Shown piece after piece: positions 36,314 to 45,553 of a stretch of DNA of 64,000 nucleotides. The position numbers and the translations under genes are program-made. Origin of the DNA: Deltaproteobacteria bacterium (GTDB taxonomy: Bacteria; Myxococcota_A; UBA9160; UBA4427); contig JAJDAN010000032.1 in assembly GCA_029261855.1 (NCBI GenBank), forward strand, positions 325,502-389,501, given 5' to 3'. The notes under the pieces are model-generated. The model was not told where the DNA came from. It was given only the letters and a program-made list of their open reading frames with translations, and did no database searches. The first letter of the stretch is position 1. The number at the start of each line of letters is the position of its first letter.

Positions 36314-38623
36314 ATGCCGGCGCCTGCGTTCGCGACCCTCTTCGCACTCGGGATCGTCACGGCCAGCACCTTGATGTTGCAGGTGGTGGTGACGCGACTC
36401 TTTTCCGCCGTGCTCGCCTACCACTTCAGCTTTCTCGCGATCTCTCTCGCGATGCTCGGTGTGGGTGCCGGATCACTGCTCATCTACGTTCGACCCGGCT
36501 GGTTCGAAGGACGTGTCGAGTCGATGCTGGCCCGTTGGAGCGCGATCTTCTCGCTGCTGCTCGTGGTCTTGCCGTTCGTGCTGGTCCGTCTGGACCTGCA
36601 TTCGGAGAAGACCGTCGCCATCGGCTTCATCGTGAACCTCACCGTCGCCTGCGTCGTCACGGCCCTGCCCGGTGTCGCCTCGGGTGTGGTGGTGGCGTTG
36701 ACCATCGACCGCTTCACGCCCTGGATCGGAAGGGTCTACGCCTACGATCTGGTGGGCGCCGGTCTCGGTGCTCTCGTGGTGATCCCGATTCTCGGCTTCG
36801 GTCCCGCCCCCGTGCTGCTGGTCGCGCTGGCGGTGTTGGTGGCCCTCGCGGCCGGACTCTTTGCCTACTCTGGAGGACAAGCCGGTCAACGGATCGTGTG
36901 GGGCGCGCTCGGCCTGTCCTCGCTGATGCTCGTCGTCTCGCTCGCGACGCCCGTCCTGTATCTCGGCGGCGGTCTGCCCGAAGACGTTCGCGTGCTGGCG
37001 GACCGCTGGACGCCCTTGGCGCGGGTCATGGGCATGCACGCCGAGAGCAACGATCGCTTCGCAGCGGTGGTCTACGACCGCGTGTACGCCCCGGTTCCGA
37101 TCGTCGCGGACCCGGACAGGCTGCCGAACTGGCGGGACCTCGTCACCGGCCCGCAGAGCATCGGCTACCAGCTGACGGGGCCGGGCGAGGCGCTGGTGAT
37201 CGGCGGCGGAGGAGGCCGCGACATCTACACGGCGCTCTCCGAAGGCCAACGGCCCGTCCACGTGATCGAGCTGAATCAGGGCATCGTGTCCGTGGTGGAC
37301 GGCGAGCTGGCAGCGCTTTCCGGTCGCCCGTACACGCGGGACGGTGTGTCGACGGTGGTCGGGGACGGCCGCTCGGTGCTCGCCAACGACGACGGACACT
37401 ACGACCAGATCCACCTCGGCTTCACGGATACCCTGAGCGCCAACGCCGCCCAGGGCTACGCGCTCACCGAGAACAACCTCTACACCCTCGAAGCCTTCGA
37501 TCTCTACTTCGACCGCTTGAAGCCCGGTGGCATCTTGAACGTCTCGCGCCTGCTCAAGCTGGTCGGCGACGAAGCGATCCGCGCGACGGTCCTGACGTGG
37601 GCGGCCCTCGAACGTCGCGACATCGAGAACCCCGGCGACCACATGATCGTCGTGCAGGGCCGCGACCTGCTGGGCCCGCCTTTTGCGACGATCCTCGCCC
37701 GCCTCACACCCTTCACGCCGGAAGAGGTCGCGCGCGCGCGACGCATGTCCGAAGTGCGCGGCAAGGGCATCGCCTTCGCTCCCGGCGGTCCGTACACGGG
37801 TGCCTGGGCCGATCTCGCAGCAGCCCCCGACCTCGCCACCTTCGTGGCCGGCTATCCGCTGCAGGTCTCGCCACCGACCGACGACCAGCCCTTCTTCTTC
37901 AACATGCACCGCTGGGGTCAGCTGCTATCGGGGCCCGAGTCCGGCTACCATTACGCCCGGTCGCCGTTCCTGCTGCTGATGGTGACCCTGGCGATCCTGA
38001 CCGTGCTGTCGTTGCTGGCCTTCGTGGTGCCGCTCTGGCTCACGACCCACGTCGAAAGGCCGAACCTCTCTTCGCTTGGCTATTTCGCCGCCATCGGCAT
38101 GGGCTTCATGCTGCTGGAGGTGGTGCTGATCCAGCGCTTCGTGCTCTTCCTGGGCTTTCCCACCTACGCGCTGTCGGTGGTGCTGGCGTCCCTGCTGGTG
38201 ACCTCGGGTGTCGGGTCGCTGGTTTCCGCGCGTTTCGAGGATGCGAAGCGCGGTCTGAGTCTCGCGTTGGCGTTCGCGGTCCTGCTGATCGTCGCCTTCG
38301 CGGCGTTCCTGTCGCCCGTGCTGCGGGCGACGATCGATCTTCCGTTCGTGGCCCGCGCGCTGCTCACCTTCGTGCTGCTGGCACCCGTCGGTGTGTGTCT
38401 CGGCATGGCCATGCCCCTGGGTCTGCGACGCTTCCAGGCCCTGTATCCCACGGGCATCGCCTACGCGTGGGGGGTGAACGGGGTGGCTTCGGTGCTGGCT
38501 TCGGTGCTGGGGATCGCGGTCGCGGTCGCGTTCGGTTTCCCGGCTGCGTCGCTGGCCGCGCTGGCCTGCTACGGCTTCGCGTTGGCGCATGTCATCTGGG
38601 GGCGCTGGGCGCACCTGGCCTGA
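36314..38623 (+). CDS. polytopic membrane protein with a central spermidine-synthase-like (class I MTase fold) domain
   Basis: 769 aa. About 7 N-terminal TM helices starting with the LMLQVVVTRLFS motif typical of these fusions. The central soluble region has ALVIGGGGGRDIYTAL...VIELN...VVGDGRS...YDQIHLGFTD, followed by about 6 C-terminal TM helices. Confidence 0.8.
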   Translation: MPAPAFATLFALGIVTASTLMLQVVVTRLFSAVLAYHFSFLAISLAMLGVGAGSLLIYVRPGWFEGRVESMLARWSAIFSLLLVVLPFVLVRLDLHSEKTVAIGFIVNLTVACVVTALPGVASGVVVALTIDRFTPWIGRVYAYDLVGAGLGALVVIPILGFGPAPVLLVALAVLVALAAGLFAYSGGQAGQRIVWGALGLSSLMLVVSLATPVLYLGGGLPEDVRVLADRWTPLARVMGMHAESNDRFAAVVYDRVYAPVPIVADPDRLPNWRDLVTGPQSIGYQLTGPGEALVIGGGGGRDIYTALSEGQRPVHVIELNQGIVSVVDGELAALSGRPYTRDGVSTVVGDGRSVLANDDGHYDQIHLGFTDTLSANAAQGYALTENNLYTLEAFDLYFDRLKPGGILNVSRLLKLVGDEAIRATVLTWAALERRDIENPGDHMIVVQGRDLLGPPFATILARLTPFTPEEVARARRMSEVRGKGIAFAPGGPYTGAWADLAAAPDLATFVAGYPLQVSPPTDDQPFFFNMHRWGQLLSGPESGYHYARSPFLLLMVTLAILTVLSLLAFVVPLWLTTHVERPNLSSLGYFAAIGMGFMLLEVVLIQRFVLFLGFPTYALSVVLASLLVTSGVGSLVSARFEDAKRGLSLALAFAVLLIVAFAAFLSPVLRATIDLPFVARALLTFVLLAPVGVCLGMAMPLGLRRFQALYPTGIAYAWGVNGVASVLASVLGIAVAVAFGFPAASLAALACYGFALAHVIWGRWAHLA

Positions 38624-38660
38624 GCGTGTCCCCTGGCGACGTTCGCCTGGCGACCTTCTG

Positions 38661-39494
38661 CTAGGGACATCCTCGGGCCCACTCACGGGCTGCTTCCGAC
38701 GCGACCCAACGCACGGCGTTTCCCACCAGCCGGCGGAAGCCTGCGTTCGCATACGCGCTCGGTCCGTCGCCCAGGTCGGTCGCAAAGACCGGCGTACCGC
38801 GCGCCGCGTTGGCCCACGCCACGAGGTTGCTGCCGCGGGGGTGGTCCCAGCCGGCCTGCTCTTCCCGGGACGCCAGGGGTGACGGCGTGAAGTCGGACGC
38901 CTCGAAGCCGAGGTCGCTGCGGAGCAGGGGCGTCACGCGCGACTCGAAGTCGGCGGTCTTGAGGTAGAGCTCGTCCGCGATCTCGAAGCCGTCCGTGAGG
39001 CCCGCCAGCACGGGGTGCTCTGGATCGACGGCCGACAGGGTCGTCGCGAGATTGCGGTCCGGCTCGGTGGCGCCGCCGCGAAAGCCCGACGCGGGTGTCG
39101 CGCGGCCATCCAGCTCGCCGCCCCGCAGCAGGAACGAGGTCTGTGACAGCTGGCGCCACAGCGGCCAGCTCGGCCACGACAGCAGTGCGTGGTTCAGCAG
39201 CACGATGCCCGTTCCGCGTTCGAGCAGAGCCTCGATGCTGCGTATGTAGTCTTCCGGCGGGTCGATGCCCGCACCGAGGGGCAGCCCGGATCCGTCCCCC
39301 GGCAGGGCGATGCCCGACATGTCATAGAAGAGGACCGCGTCGTAGCGCGCAGCGTGTTCCGGCCGCAGCACCACCTGCGCGGCGGGCTGCTCGACCCAGG
39401 TGGCTTCCACGCCGCGGTCGGCGTCGAACATCGCGAAGAACGCCGACCGGTCGAACGGGTGGCCCTTGCTGACCACGAGCAGCTGCAGCGCCAT
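38661..39494 (-). CDS. ThuA-like (class I glutamine-amidotransferase-like fold) protein
   Basis: Internal ATG 39494 of the artefactually long ORF 38661..41066. 277 aa. MALQLLVVSKGHPFDRSAFFAMFD...YDAVLFYDM...GIVLLNHAL matches the ThuA-domain layout as I remember it. Confidence 0.7.
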   Translation of the reverse strand: MALQLLVVSKGHPFDRSAFFAMFDADRGVEATWVEQPAAQVVLRPEHAARYDAVLFYDMSGIALPGDGSGLPLGAGIDPPEDYIRSIEALLERGTGIVLLNHALLSWPSWPLWRQLSQTSFLLRGGELDGRATPASGFRGGATEPDRNLATTLSAVDPEHPVLAGLTDGFEIADELYLKTADFESRVTPLLRSDLGFEASDFTPSPLASREEQAGWDHPRGSNLVAWANAARGTPVFATDLGDGPSAYANAGFRRLVGNAVRWVASEAAREWARGCP

Positions 39495-39602
39495 CTCCGT
39501 CCTGTTCCCGGCGAAACGCCCGGTGAGATGTCCGACAGAATGTCGGGTGAATCGGCCGCCGATTCTAGTGCACGAACGAAGCCCATCGGTAGCTATGATT
39601 TC

Positions 39603-39629
39603 GCGAGAGTCACGAGAGTCACGCGAGTC
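39603..39629. repeat. 9-bp tandem repeat (CGAGAGTCA x2 plus a degenerate third copy) in a divergent promoter region
   Basis: Read directly as TCG-CGAGAGTCA-CGAGAGTCA-CGCGAGTCG-AAATTCGA. A second direct repeat, CACGAACGA, occurs at 39571 and 39641 (70 nt apart). The region lies between the ThuA-like start (39494) and the SDR start (39660). Confidence 0.6.
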
Positions 39630-39659
39630 GAAATTCGATACACGAACGAGGAGAGTTCT

Positions 39660-40487
39660 TTGGACGATCTGCGCGGGAAGGTCGCGGTGGTGACCGGAGG
39701 TGGCAGCGGAATCGGTCGCGGCATGGCGCTCGCATTCGCAGAGGCGGGAATGCACGTTGCGTTGGCGGATGTCGAGAAGGGAACGGCGCAACACGTGGCG
39801 GACGAGGTGCGCGCGCTCGGCGTCGAAGCCGAGGGCTTCGAGACGGACGTCGTGGACCGCGGATCGGTCCAGGCGCTGGCCGAGAGTGTCTACGATCGTT
39901 TCGGCGCGGCACACCTCCTCTGCAACAATGCCGGGGTCTCGACCTTCAACTTGATGCATGAGGCGACCGACGCCGATTGGGACTGGGTTCTGGGCGTGAA
40001 CCTTCACGGGGTCGTGAACGGACTGCAGGCCTTTCTCCCGCGCATGAAGCAGCAGGAAGGGGAGAAGCACGTGGTGAACACGGCGTCGTTTGCGGGCATG
40101 CAGGGCTTCGCCATGCTGGGCCCCTACGTCGCCAGCAAGTTCGCCGTGGTCGGCCTCACCGAGACGCTGCGACTCGAGGGCGCGTCGTGGGGGATGTCGG
40201 CTTCCGTGCTGTGCCCAGGCAACGTGAACACAGGCATCGTGAAGAGCCGCAGGAATCGTCCCTCCGGTCTCGCGGACGAAGTGCGCCATCCCGGTCTCGA
40301 AGGAGCGGTGCAGTCCGCCATCGCCCAGGGCATCGACGCGGAGGCCGTTGGGCAGATGGTCCGGGAAGCCGTCTTGCGCGACGATCTGTACGTGTTCACG
40401 CACGCGTCCCAGCGTGCGGAACTGGCCGAGAGGTTCGAACGCATCCTGTCGGCGTTCGACGTGCTCGAAGCCGGGGGGCAACAATGA
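39660..40487 (+). CDS. short-chain dehydrogenase/reductase (paralogue of 33790..34647)
   Basis: TTG 39660, 4-6 nt after GAGGAGAG. 275 aa. Has VVTGGGSGIGRG, NNAG, YVASKFAV and CPGNVNTGI. Collinear with the other SDR, including the LCPG..TGI block. Confidence 0.85.
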   Translation: MDDLRGKVAVVTGGGSGIGRGMALAFAEAGMHVALADVEKGTAQHVADEVRALGVEAEGFETDVVDRGSVQALAESVYDRFGAAHLLCNNAGVSTFNLMHEATDADWDWVLGVNLHGVVNGLQAFLPRMKQQEGEKHVVNTASFAGMQGFAMLGPYVASKFAVVGLTETLRLEGASWGMSASVLCPGNVNTGIVKSRRNRPSGLADEVRHPGLEGAVQSAIAQGIDAEAVGQMVREAVLRDDLYVFTHASQRAELAERFERILSAFDVLEAGGQQ

Positions 40488-41869
40488 CGAAGGCGATCCT
40501 CGATGCGGCGGAGTCCATCCCCGAAGAATGGAAGCGCTGCTTCGGCTGGATCGAGAACGAGCTCGGCGGAAGGATCGTGCGTGCCGAGCGTCAGCCCCGC
40601 TGGCGTCCGGCCTGGTTCCTCGATCTCGAGCGCGGCGGCGAGACCGTGCCGCTCTACTTCCGCGGCGACCGACGCGAGGCCGACCACGGCGTCTACGCAC
40701 TCGAACACGAGATGAGCGTGTTACAGGTGCTCGAAGAGAACGACATTCCCGTACCCCACATCCACGGCTTCTGTCCCGACCCGCGCGGCATCGTGATGGA
40801 GCGCTGCCCGGGGCGCGCCAACCTCGAGACCGCCACTGACGACGACGAACGGGAGGCGGTGCTCGCCGACTACATGGCGGTGCTGGCGAAGATGCACGCC
40901 ATCGACCCGGCCAAGTTCGAGAAGGTGGGGCTGGAGCGACCGAGCTCTCCCCAGAGCATCGGGCTCGGCGACCTCGACGTCTGGGAACGCGGCTACCGCA
41001 AGCACAAGCGGCGGCCCGAGCCGCTGATCGAATTCGTGCTCGGTTGGGTGCGGCGCAACGTTCCACACGACCGTGAAGAGGTCTCGTTCCTGTGCGCCGA
41101 CGCAGGCCAGTTCCTGTTCGACGCGGGGCGGGTGACGGCGGTGCTCGATCTCGAGCTGGCGTGTCTCGGTGACCCGGCGGCGGACCTCGCGGGCATGCGC
41201 TGCCGCGATCTGAGCGAGCCGCTCGGGAACCTCGCCCGCGGCATCCGCCACTACGAGTCGATCGTCGGCAAGCCCGTCGATCGCAGCGTCATCGACTTTC
41301 ACACGGTGCGCTTCGCGATCGTGACGCCCCTGGCCGTCGCGCACCTGGTGGCCAACCCGCCGCCGAGCCTCGACTTCGTCCAGTACCTGGCCTGGTATCT
41401 CGTATACGGTCGCGCGCCCATCGACGTGATCGCGCGGGACATGCAGATCGAGCTGTTGCCCGTCGAGGTGCCGGGCGCCGATCCGACCCGTCACAGTCCC
41501 GGGCACGACGCGCTCGAGGCCATGCTGGAAGGTCACGCCCAGGCGGCGGCGGACGAGAACCCGGACGACGAGTTCGCCGCTTACCGCTTCGACGCCGCTC
41601 AGCGCCTCGCCGCCTATCTGCGCCGGGCCGATCGCCTGGGCCCCGCGCTCGAGGCCGACGACCTCGACGACGTCTCCGAGCTGCTCGGTCATCGACCCCG
41701 CAACTTCGAGGAAGCGGACGCCGCTCTCGAAGACCTGGTGCACGAAGAGGACCCGGACCTGGAGGAGCCGCTGGTGGGCTACTTCCACAGGCGGGCCCTG
41801 CGCCAGGAAGCCCTGATCGACCCGCTCATGCGCGAGCTTCGGGGCGCGACCGTTCAGTCGATCGACTGA
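40484..41869 (+). CDS. aminoglycoside-phosphotransferase-like (APH/ePK-like) family protein
   Basis: ATG overlaps the SDR stop (ATGA). 461 aa. The overall layout (E..vL..L....iPVP, then ...VLDLELACLGDPAADLA) fits the APH fold. The catalytic loop reads FLCADAGQFLFD rather than the usual HGD....N. Confidence 0.75.
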   Translation: MTKAILDAAESIPEEWKRCFGWIENELGGRIVRAERQPRWRPAWFLDLERGGETVPLYFRGDRREADHGVYALEHEMSVLQVLEENDIPVPHIHGFCPDPRGIVMERCPGRANLETATDDDEREAVLADYMAVLAKMHAIDPAKFEKVGLERPSSPQSIGLGDLDVWERGYRKHKRRPEPLIEFVLGWVRRNVPHDREEVSFLCADAGQFLFDAGRVTAVLDLELACLGDPAADLAGMRCRDLSEPLGNLARGIRHYESIVGKPVDRSVIDFHTVRFAIVTPLAVAHLVANPPPSLDFVQYLAWYLVYGRAPIDVIARDMQIELLPVEVPGADPTRHSPGHDALEAMLEGHAQAAADENPDDEFAAYRFDAAQRLAAYLRRADRLGPALEADDLDDVSELLGHRPRNFEEADAALEDLVHEEDPDLEEPLVGYFHRRALRQEALIDPLMRELRGATVQSID

Positions 41870-41902
41870 GACAGGTCGCGGCGCGGCGGCCTCGGCCTGG
41901 GT

Positions 41903-43201
41903 TCAGCCGTCGTCGGGCAGCCCGCGCCGGATGCTGCGCGCCACGTACCACCCCAGACCGACCACCAGCGGTACCACCAACACGTAGAGGAGGTACGGGA
42001 TGCGTTCGGATCGGGGCGCTTCAGGCTCGCGGTAGGCGGGATTCCCTGCGAGGTCGGCATGCGACAAGCCCGTGAAGCTCGAGGTCTCGTTCTCGCGCAG
42101 CCGCCGGGCCAGGTCGTAGCGGGGCGCCCGGGCTTCGTCGGGGTCGAAGTAGATCGCGAGGGGCAGTGTCAGGGAGGGCGGTGCCAGGAAGCGCAGCTGC
42201 TGCAGCGGGCGGCTCGCCTGGGCCGCCGTCGCCTCGACCGGCGCGTCGTCGCCCTGGTCGATCATCAGCACGAGTCGGTCGGCATCGGTCGAGAAGCCCG
42301 AGAGCCGTGTCTGGACGTCGGAGCCGTAGTGAAAGAGCACGCTGTGGGCGAGCCGTCGCCCGCGGCGTCCCCGGGCTTCGTCCCATTCCCACAGGCTCGC
42401 CGGCCGCGCGTATTCACCGCTTGGGATCGTGAGGGTCACGCGGTCGACGCCAAGGCCCGGATGCTCCAGATCGAGGGTCCAGTAGTCGTGGCGGGCGTCG
42501 CGGTCCTGCGGGTCTTCAAAAGCTGCGAGCACGACGGGTACGTCGAGCGCCGCGCCCCGCTCGATGCGGTCGCGCACCTTCACCGACTCGATCTCGAGGG
42601 GCGCGACTTCGGAAGCGGCCGGGACCCGGGGCGTGAACGTGAAGCGGTAGTAGCGAAAGCGTGCCGTCGGGATGCGCAGCACGTCGTGGACGTAGTCGAT
42701 CTTCTCGCTCGCCACCGAGTGGCGGATGAGACGGAGTCCGTCCCCGAGGATCCCCCAGCTCTCCCCGTCGTCACTGCCTTCGACCCGGGTCAGCAGGTGG
42801 TACTCGTCGTCGGCGATCCCGACGACGAACTCGTCCACGGGGTCGACCGCGCGACTCGTCAGCTCGACGGAGAGAGTCTGCGTGCCGTCCGCCTGCCAGG
42901 CGCGGTTGAAGATGCTCGCGGGCCGTTCGATGACGTCGGTTCGGGCATCGGACGTCGCGACCAGGGACGGGATCTCGCGCCCGGAAGCGTCGAAGAGCCG
43001 AAGCTCGCCACCCTCGCCGAGTGCCGCCACGGCAGCGGTGGACAGGGGAATCGCGTAGGCGTCGCCCTCGACGACGTCGCCTTCGACGATCGCATGCGTC
43101 TTGAAGTCCCGGTTGGAACGCCGCTCGATGTCCGCCGACCCGGGCAGGGCGACGAGCAGCATTGCGAAGATCAGCCATCCGAGGCGGCGTCGGTCAGGCA
43201 T
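41903..43201 (-). CDS. DUF3999-like protein (signal peptide plus C-terminal TM anchor)
   Basis: 432 aa. The N-terminus RRLGWLIFAMLLVALPGSA looks like a signal peptide, and a single C-terminal TM (IPYLLYVLVVPLVVGLGWYV) follows. Its ATG overlaps the 3' end of the upstream DUF2339-like gene by 8 nt. Family name from memory. Confidence 0.6.
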   Translation of the reverse strand: MPDRRRLGWLIFAMLLVALPGSADIERRSNRDFKTHAIVEGDVVEGDAYAIPLSTAAVAALGEGGELRLFDASGREIPSLVATSDARTDVIERPASIFNRAWQADGTQTLSVELTSRAVDPVDEFVVGIADDEYHLLTRVEGSDDGESWGILGDGLRLIRHSVASEKIDYVHDVLRIPTARFRYYRFTFTPRVPAASEVAPLEIESVKVRDRIERGAALDVPVVLAAFEDPQDRDARHDYWTLDLEHPGLGVDRVTLTIPSGEYARPASLWEWDEARGRRGRRLAHSVLFHYGSDVQTRLSGFSTDADRLVLMIDQGDDAPVEATAAQASRPLQQLRFLAPPSLTLPLAIYFDPDEARAPRYDLARRLRENETSSFTGLSHADLAGNPAYREPEAPRSERIPYLLYVLVVPLVVGLGWYVARSIRRGLPDDG

Positions 43202-45539
43202 CCTGCTTCCCCTGTTTCGGGTTCGTCTGCCGGTTGGCGTAGTACGAGCTGACGAACAAGATCGCAGCGAAGACGATCAGCGACGACGCGCGGTAGAGCT
43301 GATTCTGGAACTCGAGATCGAACAGATAGACCTTGAGGGCCGTGAAGACGTAGAGCCCGTAGGCGGCGTAGAGCCGCGTCTTCTGGCCCGTGCGGATCGC
43401 GGTGACGTACACGCCGAACGCGAGCATCGCGTAGCTCATCGACAGGATCATGCGGTAGCCCGCGCGTTGGGCGTCGGCGTGGAAGAGGTCCGCGAGAGGC
43501 GGAGCGTGGGTGATGGCGAAGGCTTCGCGTCGTAGGAGCAGCATCGCCACGATCAGCGCCGCGCCGAAGAGCAGCACCTGGAGCTGCTCGCGCGATAGCC
43601 GCAAGGCATGGTCCGGTGCCTCGCGACCCAGCCAGGTCAACAGCAACAACAGCGGCGCCATCAAGAGGACGCCCCCATGCAGCCACCAGAGCGCGGCGGC
43701 GCTGTCGCCCAGGATCGGCGTCAGCTGTGCATAGCTGCCGGTCCACAGCAGGGCTTCGAGGCTCCAGGCGAACAGTGCGCCCGTCAGCAGCAGGGTTGCC
43801 ATCCAGGGCAACGTCGAGCTCGCGAGAAGGCGCCTCGCGGCAAGCCACAGCCCGAAGATCACCGACACCAGGATGCCCGCACGAACGAGGGCGTACAGCT
43901 GGTGGCTGGCGAGGGGCGCCAACCCGTGCCGCGCGACCCGTGCCGCTTCCCCGTCTACCGCCGCGACGAGCACGAGCCCGGCGATGCTCATGACCGCGCT
44001 CAGGGGGATCCCCGGAAGCCGGACTTCCGGCGCACGGCCCATCAGCCGCGCCACCGCGAGGAACGTCGCGACCGCGGCGAAGGGTGGCCAGCTGCGGAGC
44101 TCGCTGAAGGGGATGTACCGGGTGTCTTCGAGCGCCCAGCCGACGTTGAAGATCTCGTCGAAGCCGATGAGACGGATCAGTACGATCGCCAGCATTCCGA
44201 GAACGTGGAGGCGTAGGAACCCGAAGCGCGGCTGTGTGCAGGCCCACGCCAGGCCGACGGTCTCGGCGCACCACGCGAGCGTGATCCAGGGACCATCGGC
44301 GAGGTACGGGGTTGCCAGCAGCAGGAAGCCCGCCGCCGAGCCCGCGAACACCCGCAGGCTCTTGGGGTCGAGTACCGGCTCCCGCGTCAGCCGCGACGCC
44401 ACGACGGCGTACAGCAGCGCCACCAGGGCAGCCACGAGTCCGAGCCAGGCGCGGTGCTCGTGTTGCAAGGCGATCGCCACGAACAGGAAGTGGACGATGC
44501 CGTTGGCGACGGTGAGCACCTGACCGAAGACGTCGATGGGCTCGTGTAGACGCAGGCTGCGCCAGGTCGGAATCGCCGCGAACGAAACGAAGAACGCGCC
44601 GAGGAACGGCAGCAGCCAGTGCAGCTGAAGCCAGTCGGTCTCACCCGGGTGCTCGGCGAAGTCGAAGACCCACAGCCCCGTGTAGACGACGGTCAAGCCG
44701 AAGGCCATCCACTTGAGGGGCTGCCAGTCCCGGCGATAGGCGATGGCGAACACGCCCGCGTTCAGCACCAGCAGGTAGGCGGACAGGAAGACGTAGTTGC
44801 CGCTGCCGGTGCTCGCGAGCGCCGGGACGAGATAGCCGCCGACGAGTCCCCAGACCGCCAGGGCGAGCGAGTCGTACCGAAGCGACTGCGCGACCACGAA
44901 GGCCGTGACGACGACGTACAGCGTAAAGGCGACGGGCGCCGGGATGACTTCGTACTGCTGCTGGCCGAACCAGACCGCCAGGAAGAGCACGCCGTTGCCC
45001 GCGGACACGAGCCCCGACGCGAAGCGCTGCCAGCTGCGCCGCGCGTAGACCTCGCCCGCCGCGAGCAGCGCGGCCCCGACCAGGAGACCCAGTGCCACGC
45101 GTCCGATGGGCCCGATCCAGCCGTTGTCCACCGCGTAGCGGAAGACGATACCCGCGCCGAAGATCATGCTGAGCGCGCCCAGCTTGTTGAGCGGATTGCC
45201 CTCGGTCAGGAAATTGCGCAGCCACGCGATCGCAAGCTCGGTGGGATCCGGAGCGCGGGGGGGCTGCGTTCCGGACGGGGCTTGGGACGGGTCTTGGGAA
45301 GGGCGTTCCGGCGGCGGCTGGGCGGGGGACCCGGCCGCCGCCTGGGCGGCGCGGCCCGTGCGCGTGAAGCGAGCGGGCCCGCGAGGCACCTGTGCCGGCT
45401 CAGCAGTCGCGGCTCCCTCGATCGCCTGGAGGCGCGCCGTCAGGGAGCCGACGCTCGCCTCGATCTCGCTCAGCTTCGCGCGGAGGGCCGCAAGCTCGCG
45501 TTCCTGGTCTTCCTGCCGCTGGCGCTCTTCGTCGGTCAT
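43194..45539 (-). CDS. DUF2339-like polytopic membrane protein
   Basis: 781 aa. N-terminal coiled coil (EERQRQEDQERELAALRAKLSEIEASV), a Pro/Gln/Ala-rich linker, then about 20 predicted TM helices. This layout matches my memory of DUF2339. Confidence 0.7.
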   Translation of the reverse strand: MTDEERQRQEDQERELAALRAKLSEIEASVGSLTARLQAIEGAATAEPAQVPRGPARFTRTGRAAQAAAGSPAQPPPERPSQDPSQAPSGTQPPRAPDPTELAIAWLRNFLTEGNPLNKLGALSMIFGAGIVFRYAVDNGWIGPIGRVALGLLVGAALLAAGEVYARRSWQRFASGLVSAGNGVLFLAVWFGQQQYEVIPAPVAFTLYVVVTAFVVAQSLRYDSLALAVWGLVGGYLVPALASTGSGNYVFLSAYLLVLNAGVFAIAYRRDWQPLKWMAFGLTVVYTGLWVFDFAEHPGETDWLQLHWLLPFLGAFFVSFAAIPTWRSLRLHEPIDVFGQVLTVANGIVHFLFVAIALQHEHRAWLGLVAALVALLYAVVASRLTREPVLDPKSLRVFAGSAAGFLLLATPYLADGPWITLAWCAETVGLAWACTQPRFGFLRLHVLGMLAIVLIRLIGFDEIFNVGWALEDTRYIPFSELRSWPPFAAVATFLAVARLMGRAPEVRLPGIPLSAVMSIAGLVLVAAVDGEAARVARHGLAPLASHQLYALVRAGILVSVIFGLWLAARRLLASSTLPWMATLLLTGALFAWSLEALLWTGSYAQLTPILGDSAAALWWLHGGVLLMAPLLLLLTWLGREAPDHALRLSREQLQVLLFGAALIVAMLLLRREAFAITHAPPLADLFHADAQRAGYRMILSMSYAMLAFGVYVTAIRTGQKTRLYAAYGLYVFTALKVYLFDLEFQNQLYRASSLIVFAAILFVSSYYANRQTNPKQGKQDA

Positions 45540-45553
45540 GCGTCGCCTCGCGC

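Noticed and set aside
38661-41066. Annotated 801-aa minus-strand ORF.
   Set aside because: Only the C-terminal 277 aa (from ATG 39494) are protein-like (ThuA-like). The upstream 524 codons run antisense through the SDR and APH genes and read as Arg/Pro/Ser low complexity.
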